A DNA stretch of 63,683 nucleotides, counting the filler, from Reticulomyxa filosa (Eukaryota > Protista > Foraminifera): assembly GCA_000512085.1 (NCBI GenBank). It is 27 parts of 27 records of this genome, joined end to end, with 100 filler letters (N's around TTAATTAATTAA, not from the genome) between each part and the next. Parts side by side here need not be neighbours in the genome. Positions count along the whole stretch, not along the records: positions 11,771 to 12,822 come from ASPP01034404.1; positions 12,923 to 14,680 come from ASPP01021091.1; positions 14,781 to 16,509 come from ASPP01021757.1; positions 16,610 to 17,781 come from ASPP01046889.1; positions 17,882 to 19,955 come from ASPP01007434.1; positions 20,056 to 21,266 come from ASPP01017503.1; positions 21,367 to 26,611 come from ASPP01002038.1; 20 more parts are not named here. One strand, written 5' to 3'. Below, piece by piece: positions 11,810 through 24,197 of this stretch. Both the position numbers and the translations under genes were made by a program. The notes under the pieces were generated by a model. The model made no database searches and had not been told where the DNA came from. It saw only the letters and a list, made by a program, of their open reading frames with translations. Positions within the stretch are counted from its first letter, which is position 1, and each line of letters begins with the position of its first letter.

Positions 11810-12135
11810 ATTGAAAATGATAAATGATTGTTGAGTATTATAAATAATGATTTAGAGATAAATGATAATTGATATATAAATGATAATTGATGATGGCAAA
11901 TGATGATCAAAGATGATAAATGATAATTGAGTATGATAAGTGATTATTTGTGATAATAAATGATAGTTGAGTATGATAGTTGAAGACGATAAATGATAGT
12001 TTAGTATAATAAGTGACTGTTGAGTATGATAAATGATGATTGAGAGATAAATGATGATTGAGGATGACAAATGATAGTTGAGATGATAAATGATGATTTA
12101 TGATGATAAATGATGATTGAAGATGATTGATGACG
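11810..12135. repeat. Degenerate minisatellite, unit ~17-20 bp, consensus GATAAATGATRRTTGA(GTAT)
   Basis: More than 15 visible copies of ATAAATGAT..TTGA. The + strand has almost no C. Confidence 0.9.
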
Positions 12136-12922
12136 TTTGACTTCCTATGAATGAAAAAAAAAAGTTCACTTTGACAAATTCCTTTTTTCTAAATTAAATA
12201 ATTGTAACAGATACTATTATAATATTTGATATGCATTTCAATGATCTTGTTAAATAAGAGTTATTTTTTTTTACTAACAACAAAAGAAAACATTTAAAAT
12301 AATTTCTTATTCTATGCAGACAATTCGTTATTAGCAAAAAAAGGATATTGGACATATTGTAAAGTATTTCTTTTGACGTCAATTATTCTTCAATTTAGCG
12401 CTTTCCTTTTTATTTTTTGGTTTTTTTGTGAGGAAGACAAAGGCGCGTATATTTGTCTGCTTATCCAATAAAGAAAAACGAATACATGTCTTGAATGGTG
12501 AAAATGAAAAAGAAATATTTTTTTTTATTTTATCATTTCCATGCTTTCATAATACATCGTAGTAAATGAAATATGATGAATTGATTGAATTTTTTAAACA
12601 CTCTTGGCGTAAAATGATTATGCATATTGCTCTGAGGAAAAGCTGTAACTGGCATTATATAGATTTATAGTTATGAAAATAATTTAATTGTAATGTCAGT
12701 TGCTTGTTTCTTTTATTTTCTTCAATGAGACAGCCCATATTGATATTAGAATACGGTAAATGTAATCATTTCTTTGATTAGTTTCAAAATCTTTAAAAAC
12801 ATTATTTTTCCATGCAGTTTTANNNNNNNNNNNNNNNNNNNNNNNNNNNNNNNNNNNNNNNNNNNNTTAATTAATTAANNNNNNNNNNNNNNNNNNNNNN
12901 NNNNNNNNNNNNNNNNNNNNNN

Positions 12923-13690
12923 GCAGCGGAGTTTGGTTAAATTATAGAATCTGGCATTGGAAACACAATTGCCGAGCAACGACGTGTTCCCAATACGTTT
13001 CCCATCACCAACAAGTTTTGCTATGTTATTATTTTTTTTATACAATTACTATAGCGGGGTTTGATTATTTTATACAGCAACGGCCGAACTCCACTCCATA
13101 CCAAATCAAAATGGGCTCACACAAGTACCCAAACAAAAAAAAAAGTTTTGCTTTGCTGTTATTGTTTATTATAATAATAATTATATGGTGTTTTATTATA
13201 TATAGAATACCGGCCTAGGAACCTCGTTGCAAGCAACAACGTGTTTCCAACACGTTCTAAATATAATTATCAACTATTATAGCGGGGTTGTGATTGTTTT
13301 ACAGCAATGGCATCCGAGCAACAATGGGATCGCACACATGCCAATCCAAAAAAAAGTTTTGTTTTATTATTATTACAATTATAATGTATTATTGTCACAG
13401 AAGATGTTTGATTATTTTATAGATTGTGGCACCTAGCGCCTGCGTACAAGCAACAATGGGTCCCCAGAATGTGCTAGCAAAAAAAAAAGTTTGCTTTATT
13501 GTTGTCATTTATTGTTATGATAATCATAACTATATAGTGGTTTTAATGTATTACAGAACGTTGGCATCATAACCCTCATTGCAAGCACACACGTGCTCAC
13601 AATACATGGCACCCCCTCACAAAAGTTTCTCTTTGTTATTATTTTATTATGAAATTATTATTGTGGTGGTGTTTTGATTGTTTTATAGAC
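12923..13690 (+). repeat. Diverged tandem array with a ~115-140 bp period, made of intron/exon-like units
   Basis: The motif G(C/T)GG(G/T)GTTT(G/T)ATT.TTTTA(C/T)AG recurs near 12926, 13052, 13186, 13281, 13400, 13538 and 13665. Each of the first six is followed by a higher-GC 50-70 nt block, most ending in A-rich sequence plus GTTT. Confidence 0.75.
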
Positions 13691-14680
13691 CACACATCCA
13701 AAATCAACATCAACACAAACAACACCTACCACAGCCATGACACAACATCCACCCATTACAGTCATGTCATTACCACCACAGCCACAACACACATATCACA
13801 AATACCACACGCCAATCACAACAGTTGCACCCCCATAATAGCCACCCCACCCCAATACTACACCACACATACACTAGCAACTACAAACAGCACACATAGA
13901 CACACCGCTATCCCAGCTGCAGCACTCGTACACTGATAACCCACCACTACCATAGACATGCAACTGCTCCAACTACCACAACAGCCTCGCCACCACAGAT
14001 ACACCATTCCCACTATGACAACACCATCCACACACTAAACACACTACCATCACCACAAACAACACCACTCAAGCCACTACACCACAACCACGCCACAACA
14101 ACCCCTAACAAAGCTACATCACCACAATAACACCCACTTACACCATCCCCACTATTTCCACCACAACCTCAACATACAACACCAACAGCTCCACAAATCA
14201 CTCAAACTACAACTGCAAACATCACCTCCACCAGCATCACTAATATATACAACAACATACCACACATACCACAGTATCCCCATCACATATACTCCACATA
14301 CACACATACAACAGGCATCAATATCCATACACTAGCGACGCCATTCATGTACCAACTACATCACCACTATTCGAATACGCTATCACCACACTAGCCAAAC
14401 CACTATCCGAGCCATACATACCACACACCAGCAATCCAACCAATACTCCAGCAACCACATCCCCACACTAACAACAACAATTCCAACTGCCACACCACCA
14501 CTCCGGCCAAGGCCCACCACTGCCACGCCATACTCACACAAACTACGATACCCCCATACCAACCACACCTATCCAAATTGCACCATCACTATATTTACAA
14601 TACAACACGCAACCACCCCCTATATCACAACTGCACCACCCACACCAGCCACAATATTCCCACCCTAGCCACACCACCAC
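13691..14680. repeat. ~1 kb cryptic low-complexity C/A-rich tract (ACCAC/CAACA-like words)
   Basis: Extreme strand skew (very little G on the + strand), no exact period, no long ORF. Confidence 0.85.
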
Positions 14681-14829
14681 NNNNNNNNNNNNNNNNNNNN
14701 NNNNNNNNNNNNNNNNNNNNNNNNTTAATTAATTAANNNNNNNNNNNNNNNNNNNNNNNNNNNNNNNNNNNNNNNNNNNNTACACATACATACACAAAAA
14801 TTAAAAACGTTTAATGATTTGCAATTTCA

Positions 14830-16279
14830 AAGTTGTAGCCCTGTTTTTACTCGGCGCATACAAAATTAAAATGAATATAACAAACCTCGAAATCTGGGAT
14901 CATATCTGTTTAGCGAAGATGCACAAAAAAAACAAAAAAAACTGGCTACAAAAAAAAAAAAACTGGCTACAAAAAAAAAAAAACCAAAAGAATTAAAAAA
15001 AAAAAAAAAAGCGTAACAAATGAAGATTTTTCTTTTGACAATGACATAAGGTTCCGCCGAAGCGTCCCATCCGACAATGTAAGGGACTTCTCTGTCTATC
15101 CAATGCTCAAAATCTGTCAAACCTTTTTTTTTTGTTCCACAAAATTCACATCACACGTCTGCAAAAACGAACTTTCAAAAAAAAAAAAAAAAAATAGTGA
15201 CGATAATAACGACAATACACACATCAATAAAAACTAACCATGACATTTCGGACATCTCTGCGTGTGAAATCTATATTCAAAGGAGAGAGGGAAAAGAAAA
15301 AACAAACAAACAGTACATATTCCCCGTCTTCTTATAGAAAAGACAAAAAAAAAAAAAACATAAAGTAAGTAAGTAAGTAAGTAAGTAAGTGTGTACCCTT
15401 TGGCCTTCTGCTTTGCTGCGGCAATGATAATATCAACCTTTGTTCGAGGAACTACGAGTTCACTATTGTTTCTTTGCTTAATTAACTTGATCCGCCGTTC
15501 ATTACAAAAAAACAACCACATACGTACAAGTAAGTATATTCATAAGTTTAAAAAAAAGTATTATTATAACTATAAAATTAAAAAAGTAATTCTTTTTTTT
15601 AAAATAAATAAATAAATAAATAAATATCTCTCCTCTTTTAGCCTACTTTTAAAAAATAATCAATTATGATATATGTGATTAATTTTGTTGAAGCATGCAT
15701 TAAAAAAAAAAAAAAAAAAAAAACAACTCGCAAAACTTCCCAAGCAGGAACAACCAAAGCAAACTGGTCAAGAGGAGAAGGATTGTAACGCATAATGTCA
15801 AAATACAGCCGATAGTTTTGTAAGACATGGTCATGTAGATCAGCCGAAGGTACAAAATCAGCGTCCAACAAGAAGACGAAATCGGAGTGGGCATAGCGGA
15901 GTGCCAAATTGCGCAAAGTGTTGACCGGATACATGACTTGGACAGCCCCTTTTCCCTTTTGGACGTAAACATTGTTTTTTTCCCATTCGAACAAGAGATG
16001 GATATCCAACGATGCCTTTACCCAAGGATCGGGGCTATATTCAATCTCATTCCAAAACTTGACCACATCCGATAATATCTCCTTGCCTTTCGTCACCAAC
16101 AGAGACATGTCCGTTTGCTGTGGCTCTTCTGTCGATCCATTGAACATGTTCGCGTCGTATGTCAAAAGGTAGTTTATCAACTCCTGCTTCCGCACGTAGA
16201 TCGCTAGCGATATCGAATTTTGCCATACGCGGCACATTGATTTTATTAGTTCCAATCGGTCCAATGAGCATTGTGTTAC
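14830..16279 (-). CDS. Glycosyltransferase family 49 (LARGE glucuronyltransferase domain / B4GAT1-like), multi-exon, partial
   Basis: Motifs TQCSLDRL, ISLAIY and YPVNTLRNLA...FVFLLDADFVPS (DxD). Later exons give TDFEHW...EPYVIVKR and RYDPRFRG. Confidence 0.88.
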
Positions 16280-18044
16280 TATCGTTATTCCTTCATTATT
16301 CTAATTTTTGTTTGTTTGTTTGTTTTTTTTTGAATTTTTTATGTTTCCTTTGGGAGGGGGGGGCAAGTCAAAAAAAAAAAAGAACCAAAAAAAAAGGGGG
16401 GTGGGGAAGTTTTAGGGGAGGTGTAATACTTTTTTATTACGTTTTTTTTTTTTTTTTTTATTTTAAAAATAAATAATAATAAAAAACTCTTGGTTTTTTA
16501 GATTTCAAANNNNNNNNNNNNNNNNNNNNNNNNNNNNNNNNNNNNNNNNNNNNTTAATTAATTAANNNNNNNNNNNNNNNNNNNNNNNNNNNNNNNNNNN
16601 NNNNNNNNNGTATATTTGTCGGCCCACATTTCCTTTGGCTCGATCGTTTGCGTCTTGTACGCAAGGCTCAATCACTATTGTGATTTATCCGCCATTTGTG
16701 AGCCATTCCAGTGGATAACACGCTAATATTCCACACTGAATGATCCCATACGCCACGCCACTTTTCCAAACCGTGTTGTTAGTGGCTCCGTAGATAAACA
16801 ATGTAGTGTTAGTCTTTCAGCGCCATTGTTGTCTATCGTTGTTTTTTTTAATACGTGTGATATTGAAATATATTATTCTATTGTCGTAATCAAAATCTTT
16901 CTTACATACTTATATATTCCTTTTTTTTATTCATTTGTTTTTTTAATGAAAAGAAATGAATATCAAAAATAACTGAAATGAGCAAATACATAATATCGAA
17001 TGATAAAATAATTTGTTATGTTTGACAAGTCTGTCATTTGATGCAAGATTTGTGGGTCTGAGTTGATAGTCAGTGTTGGAATGGCAATTGTTGGTGTGAT
17101 GAAATTTGTGATATGATTTGAGTGATGTGATAATGGTTTGTGCGATAGTGGTTGACGTGGCTGTGGCGTACTGGATGTTGATCTTGTAAAGTATGAGTTG
17201 TGGAGTGGTGATGTCCAAATTTGGGCTAATGACTTGCGCGTCATTTGGGAAAGTAACTTGAAAAGCGTGCTCATATCTGCAACGCCAGCCCATAAACTCC
17301 AAACTCAGCCAGAAAAGGGAAAAAGTGTTACGACATCCAACACCATAACTTTTGCACAGAAGAAATTTGTAATTTGCAATTGCAATTAATATATTTGATC
17401 AAAATAACTTGTTTTTAGTAAATGCATTTTGTCAAGACAATTTGTTAATATTTTTTATGGCAACAAAAAAAAAAAGTTCTTGATTAAAAAAAGGTTTTCT
17501 TTAATTAATTTTTAAAGCCTTCAACATTTCAACAAACATTTAAATGAAAATACTGTCGCATTCTTGCTCCTTGTCATGTGTGAAGTTCTGCTTTTTAGGT
17601 TTTGGCTTACGACGTTGTTACAAAGGAAGCACTGTACAAGACCTCCTGAAGTTAAGTTTTAATATTGCCCAATTTTTTTTTTTGTTCATATTTTTTCATT
17701 GTGAAATAAAAACAAAAGAACATATTTCAAGATGGAGCAAAAAAGAAAGTCGAAACACAACATGGCACAGAAAGTGGCACTNNNNNNNNNNNNNNNNNNN
17801 NNNNNNNNNNNNNNNNNNNNNNNNNTTAATTAATTAANNNNNNNNNNNNNNNNNNNNNNNNNNNNNNNNNNNNNNNNNNNNATTACTACATATATACATA
17901 TATATGTATACGTATACAATATATACATATATATATATTTATACACATATATGTATGTGCATAAAAAAAAAAAAAAAGGGTAGCCACGTCATACACACAC
18001 ATATACATATATATAATATATATATATGTATATGTTATATACAC

Positions 18045-18576
18045 CTCTTCTTTCTTGTTCGGGCCACTGAGCAATGGTGGTGTACATGTGGACTTCATTG
18101 GCGACGTCTTCGTGGACAGGCGAGTTTCGAAAGGAAGAAGCGCTTTTGACCAGTTCTAGTTCTAACAATTTAACAGCGACGTACCGTGGCTGGGCAAGGG
18201 TGTTTCCCAAAAAATAGTCTTCGGAAAATGCATCCATCATTTCCTTTGGAAACTCCGACAAGATTTCCATCCACGGCACTTTCATCGTTTTGTAATAGTC
18301 CACCGGCGGCTTGCTGGTCCCGCTTTCGTTCGAAATACGTTCACGAATGCCAACGGATACGTCCACAAAGTCCGATAGTAACCGTTGCTTTTTTGGCTTT
18401 GGCGAGGAGTCGAGTGAGCTCGTCACGTCGTTCGATTGTTCCCTTTCGCTTCCTGCAAAGTTCTTTGCAGACGTATACTGCAATGGCAATGATGACATGG
18501 CAAGCAATGTTGTTGGGTCATTCATAGTTGGATTGAGTTTTGAATGTTGTTCATTTCTATCAATTAACAAACTAAG

Positions 18577-18638
<62 letters not shown>

Positions 18639-19197
18639 TATTAATCTCGCTTTCATGACTTGAACAAAGTGTGGGATTGAGATTTGGAAATTGCTTGAAC
18701 CGATACATATGCCCTTGCAACGAAGGGCCAATGTAACCGTCATAGGTGTATACGAATGCTCGAGTTCGAAAATGCTTGAAAGGGGGCTCCTTGGAGGAAA
18801 CATTACTGCTCTCCACTTTTTGTGAATGCTTTGCTTGGTCTCGGCCCATCGTGTGTGCCGTCGAAAATCTTGTGCCAACTACTGGACTTTGTACGAGCAC
18901 TGGAGAAAAAGGGGACCGGCTTAATCCCATCCCATTGCCGTACCTACCTTCTTCTGCGCTTTTACATCTCGCTATCAATGACTTTGCATTCGGGTGTCCA
19001 TTACGCTTCTGGCCTTGTGGTACTACAGCTACTGTTTGCATGCCCGAGGATATTGGCAAAGGTGAGTGTGTTGACGCAGACACTGGCGTAATGATGCCGC
19101 AGCTTGACCCACGTCTTATATTGTTAATCACCACCGGTCGACACACCACTTGACGAGTTGTCACCACCGGTGGAGAAGAGGAGTCGAAATGATACAT
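18045..19197 (-). CDS. Probable Ser/Thr protein kinase, first exon (disordered N-terminus and N-lobe), 3' truncated
   Basis: Gly-loop-like IGPSLQGHMY, then YVAVK (subdomain II) and EDVANEV (alphaC Glu). The (ATT)n run at 18578-18642 encodes poly-Asn. A GT donor follows at 18044. Confidence 0.6.
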
Positions 19198-20055
19198 TGC
19201 TTTACAAATATTTCAAAAACACAAAGATGTACCAATGTTTAAATTTTGATGATATTTGCAAAATATCTTTGTCACAAAAGGCATAAGATGTAACAAGTAA
19301 AAAGTCGAAGTGAACTTAGCACGCTTTGATTTTGTTTCTGGATTTTTAAATGTTAAACTGTCCTATTTGTATCAACATAAGTTTTGCGTTGAACACTAAA
19401 CATTTTTTACTAATTTTCTTAAAGCTTTGCCTAACATGTTCTGCTTGATTTTCATTACAGTTGCAAGCCAACACCACAAAAGGAGTCCATTTTGCTACCT
19501 TGCCCACTCGCTTTTTTTAGAGTTTATTTTTGAAAAGACAAGATGTCAAACTTACCATTCAACTTCGTTAACCCTTTTTAATGACAATAAAGTGTAAAAC
19601 TGAATAGAATGGATCTTATTGATTTTGAAGGAAGTTAGGAAAAGCAAAGCTTTTTATGTAAGTTTAAATAAAAGAGCTGAGGATATGTTTACTGTACAAC
19701 AAAAAAAAATTAAATACTGATCACCAAAAGACAGAATTGCGCATGGATTGGTTGGTGTGTTTAAGACAAAAACTAAGAAAAAAGCAAAAAACGATAGACG
19801 AAAATAAAAACACGAAGAAAGTGAAAAAAGTAAATCCTGAAGAAGAATATGTGTTGGATGAGATGATTGATTGTAATTGAGAAAGGAATGGTTTGAATGA
19901 GGTAATGTCACGTGTTGTTTGTTGAATGGAGTGACCTATGAAAAAAAAAAAAAAANNNNNNNNNNNNNNNNNNNNNNNNNNNNNNNNNNNNNNNNNNNNT
20001 TAATTAATTAANNNNNNNNNNNNNNNNNNNNNNNNNNNNNNNNNNNNNNNNNNNN

Positions 20056-20901
20056 TCTCGGTGTCGAGTTCGATCACGCAGGACTTGAGCGCGTTGGTAT
20101 AGGGGTGCAGCGAATGCCGCAGGACACTCTCGGTCGGTCCGGCCTCGACCACCTGGCCGGCATAGAGCACGACGATGCGATCGCATACCTGCGAGGCGAG
20201 TGCCAGGTCGTGCAGAACGAAGATGCAGCTCGCGTTGCGCGCGCGGACCTGGCTCAGGATGAGTTGCATGATCTGCGCCTGGATCGTGACGTCGAGCGCA
20301 CTGGTCGGCTCATCGGCGAGCAGCAGCTCGGGATTGCAGGCGAGCGCGATGGCGATCATCACCCGCTGCTGCATGCCGCCGGAGAGTTCGTGCGGGAAGG
20401 CGGCGAGCCTGGCCTCGGCATCGTTGAGACCCGCACTCTCCAGCAGCTCGATCGAGCGCCGCCGGGTCGCCGCACGATCGAACCAAGCAGGCGACGAAGC
20501 GGGTCCCCGAGCTGGCGGCCGACGGTGAAGCAGGGGTTCAGCGCCGATGCCGGATCCTGGAAGATCATGGCGATCCGCCGGCCGCGGAGCATCGCCCACC
20601 CGGCCTCTGGCTCGTCGAGCAGGTTCTCGTGCTCGGCAAATTGCATGCGCCCGTCGAGCGTGACCGCCGGCGGGCGAAGCAGACCCATCGCGACCAACGC
20701 GATCGTGGATTTGCCTGCGCCGGATTCGCCGACCAGGCCCAGTGTCTCACCGCGGCCGAGATCGAAGCTGACGCGATCGAGCACCGAATGTCCGTTGCGG
20801 GCGAGCGAGATGTCGGCGAGGGACAGCAGGGGGGCGCAGGGGCGCGTCAAGGGCAGGACGTTCTCCCCTCGTGGCTCGGTCCGTTGCGTGGATTGAGTCA
20901 T
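20056..20901 (-). CDS. dppD: Bacterial dipeptide/oligopeptide ABC transporter ATP-binding subunit (1-nt frameshift near 20484; 3' truncated)
   Basis: Walker A GESGAGKS and Q-loop MIFQDP in one frame. LSGGMQQRV, Walker B LLLADEPT, the H-loop and HPYT lie in the adjacent frame. High GC, no introns. Confidence 0.93.
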
Positions 20902-20910
20902 GCCCCGGGC

Positions 20911-21266
20911 CTACCGGTTTGTCCGCAGCTTGGGGTCGAACTGTTCGCGGATGCCGTCGCCGACGATGCTGAGGGAGATCAGCAGGAGGGCCAGGGCGGC
21001 GCCCGGCACGCCGGAGATCCATGGCACGATGCTGATGAAGGCGCGGCCTTCGGAGATCATCAGTCCCCAATCGGGTGCGGGCGGCACCACGCCCAGGCCG
21101 AGAAAGGACAAAGCTGAGGAAACGAGAATCGCTTCGGCGATCCGAATCGTCGCCTGGACGGCCAGGGGAAAGATCACGTTCGGCAGGATGTGGCGCCAGA
21201 TGATGCGTAGCCGGTCCACCCCCATCAGCCCGGCCGCCTCGACGAAGACCTGGGCGCGGACCTGGA
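20911..21266 (-). CDS. dppC: Bacterial peptide ABC transporter permease, C-terminal part
   Basis: EAA motif (FVEAAGLMG...IIWRHILPN), LSFLGLG..PP.PDWG and GDGIREQFDP. It ends 9 nt upstream of the ATPase start. Confidence 0.93.
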
Positions 21267-24197
21267 NNNNNNNNNNNNNNNNNNNNNNNNNNNNNNNNNN
21301 NNNNNNNNNNTTAATTAATTAANNNNNNNNNNNNNNNNNNNNNNNNNNNNNNNNNNNNNNNNNNNNTTTGTGTTATAGTTCAAATAGAGGTCCCATTCGT
21401 ATTTGGGGATAACACAAAAAACAGATACCTTGGAAAAGTAAAACATTCTTTTTTTGATTTAATTGAATGAAATATTACTCAATTTAATTTCTTGATAGCC
21501 AACAACACCCTCTCTGATGGTTATAAAAATTTGTTTAAATAAACAAAAAAAACGGCCAATGTTGCATTGTATAACTTTGTTTGCTGCGCATAAGATGTTT
21601 TCATTTTTTCAAGAAACTTTTATAGCTTTATAATTATGTTAGTTGAATTAGTATTTCATGTGATTTGAAGAATGGTGTTGTATCTGTGCTGCAAGCTTGC
21701 ATTTGATACAAAAGCGTTTGAAAATGAATCATATACAATTAAATTTTTTTCTTCCTTCAAAGTAATTAAAACCTTTTTTAACAAAACACATTTACTATTT
21801 TTTTTTACAGTAATTATAGTTTCACATTGAAGTGCATGTTTTTTTATCGTTTCATTTTTCAACAAAAAAAACAGAAAGTAAATTGATATCATCATTGCAA
21901 TAGCGACTGTCTACAAACTTTAAATACAGTCGAGCTATTTTGTAATATGCTATATGTTATCCAAATCAAAAGAGTCTTTGTTTTTTCAATATTCTCATTA
22001 CACGGTAGTTTCAGGCTTTTAAAAACAACTTCTTTGTCAAGTTTGGAAAATATGTACTGAAATTGTCCAAACATGATGCTGAGCTAGATTCAAAATAAAA
22101 ATGCATATCAATATAACCTTTATTTATACTGTCATCTTTCAAACAAAAAAAGAACATACCTTTTTTTTCACATTATAATTTTTAGTTGGATTCGCATTGT
22201 ATTATGTATTTTTCAAAAAATTCGGTGAAAAGTTAAATCATTTTTTTTTCATGTCTCAAAGTGTTGCCATCATAGAAAAACCAATAAAACTAAAAAAACT
22301 TTACACACCAGCTTAGAAGCTCCATCTGGCATGAGTTAATCTTTTGTAGCTGAAAAAAAAGAAGACACGTTAGGTGTTTCAATGTCTATTATATTATTAC
22401 AAAAAAAAATTTGTTTTGAACGATTGAAATCTTATTGAACTGAAGAAATATTGGTCAAATGCTGTTTAATTTATCAAATTTTTCGAATATAGTAATAACA
22501 ATGTTAATAATAAAAAAAGATCAAAACAAGATTTTTGCACAACTAATCTATAATAAAAAATTTCACCCAAGAAAACTCTGAAATTTATTCAAATTAAATA
22601 ATATACATATTATAATATTAAGAAGATGTTTGAAGCCTGATCTTTGGAAAAAGATAAAAATCAATAACTCTTCTTGGAAATCTATTGAAATCAAATAAAA
22701 ACAAAACATTACGAAAAAACGCACAAAAAAATGTTGGCCGCTTTGACCAAAATATGTTTCAGATCATGATTTTTTATGTTATGTTTTTTTTTTCAGTAAC
22801 ACGGACAAAAAACGTATCATCAGAACAAAACAATAAAATAATATTTTTTTCTTAACTTTTGCACATTCAACTTTGCGCCTTTCCGAAACATTTGTGGAGT
22901 TATTTTTTACAAAATGTTTCAGCAATAAAAAGCAAAAGTAACAAATTGCAAAGCAATTTGATACATTTGCTTCAAAGAAAAAACAAAACTTTAAAACTTT
23001 AATAAACAAATTAATTTTTGATCCTTTCAACTGAAACCCCCTAAAAAACTCTCAAACAAACGAGCTGGCAAATCTAATCTCATTAACTTTGTTTTTATAT
23101 AGCATAAAATCTATTCGCTTTTTAATTAGAATTTGGCTTCTTTTATGAAGCTATTGTAAAGTTGATCCGAAGGTTAAATTTGAAGCATAAATCTTTATTT
23201 TAATAAAATTTCAACATGATTATCGTACTTGAAGACGCTGTCCATTTGGTCGAAGAGTGTGACTCGTCTTTCATCAACTACATGCAGTCCTCGACAGTGC
23301 AAGATTTGTCTTGTGTACATATTGTTTTACTTTGTTTTGTATTTCTCTCTATCACTTTCTCTTTGCGTGTTACGTGAACAAAAAAAAACTTGGTGCAATC
23401 CATATCACACTTCTCCTTCTTCTTCTTTTCCTCTGATCAGAACGAAAATTGGCAGATCATTTTAAAGGACAATGCGTGGAGTTTGTACAGTTTTCTTTTC
23501 GACTGATGAATTGCTTTTTAACGAGAGAATTTTCCTTGGCTCAAGCATCAAATTAGAGACTTTCGTGGATTATACAGTCAGGTCACTATGATGGCTACAT
23601 CCTGGCAAAAGACATATTCTTTGCATTGAACAATGAGCTGTTTTTAGACAATCTTTTTTATTCATTAATTGCTAATTTACCGTACATTCGATATCGTTAA
23701 TCCTTACCACTCTATATACTTTTTTTGTCTTAATGTATCCTCAAAAAACTTCTTTTTACGACTTTTCTTAATCTCTTCTTGTCATCACAAAAAATCGTAA
23801 ACATTTGAGAAAAAAAACTTTTTTTTTGCCGGTCCTAGGCCAAGAATGGAATTTTGTCCAATCTTTTTAGAGTCACTTGCAAACAACAATTATATAATTT
23901 TTTTTTCCTACATTGTTAAATATCTTTCATTGTCATCCTATGTAAATGCACGCCTTTTGAAAAAAAAAGACTTGAAAAAGTGGCAAATAAAAGAAAGCAG
24001 TTTAAGCGGCAAGTCAATCTCTTAATTGCTCACCAAAAAAACAAATCAAGTTAAGATACCAGACACAAAAAGCTATACACAAAAAATCCGCAATATCGGC
24101 AATGAGGATTTCTATTTAATCAAATTTCTGACAATGATTTAAAACAAAAAAGTGCAAAAAAAAAAAAAAAAAAAAAAAAACCAACACCAAAAAATTT

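Noticed and set aside
12923-13690. CRISPR array interpretation of the ~125-bp periodic region
   Set aside because: The repeats are too degenerate, the spacers are related to each other, the context is eukaryotic and no cas genes are present.
14925-14990. Direct repeat ACTGGCTAC plus A-run, twice
   Set aside because: It lies in a homopolymer-rich intronic context and is probably slippage or an assembly artefact.
15361-15390. (TAAG)n run resembling stacked GTAAGT donor sites
   Set aside because: The host gene is on the minus strand, so this is an ordinary intronic microsatellite.
16610-17302. Minus-strand ORFs with a transit-peptide-like start, and possible stop-codon reassignment downstream
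   Set aside because: No splice or recoding model gave a recognisable protein. Intact genes in the window end at TAA, TAG and TGA, consistent with the standard code.
20470-20500. Programmed frameshift in dppD (and similarly at ~36615, ~30025 and ~62835)
   Set aside because: These are single-base differences in short or long homopolymers with no supporting stimulatory structure. Sequencing error is the simpler explanation.
20105-21322. Long plus-strand ORFs (263, 162 and 140 aa) on the bacterial contig
   Set aside because: They are antisense shadows of dppD/dppC caused by high GC content.
21367-24100. Short ORFs in AT-rich stretches (also 27900-29600, 31100-32300 and 48000-49580)
   Set aside because: No motifs and low-complexity translations. 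They are at most unassignable decayed gene remnants.
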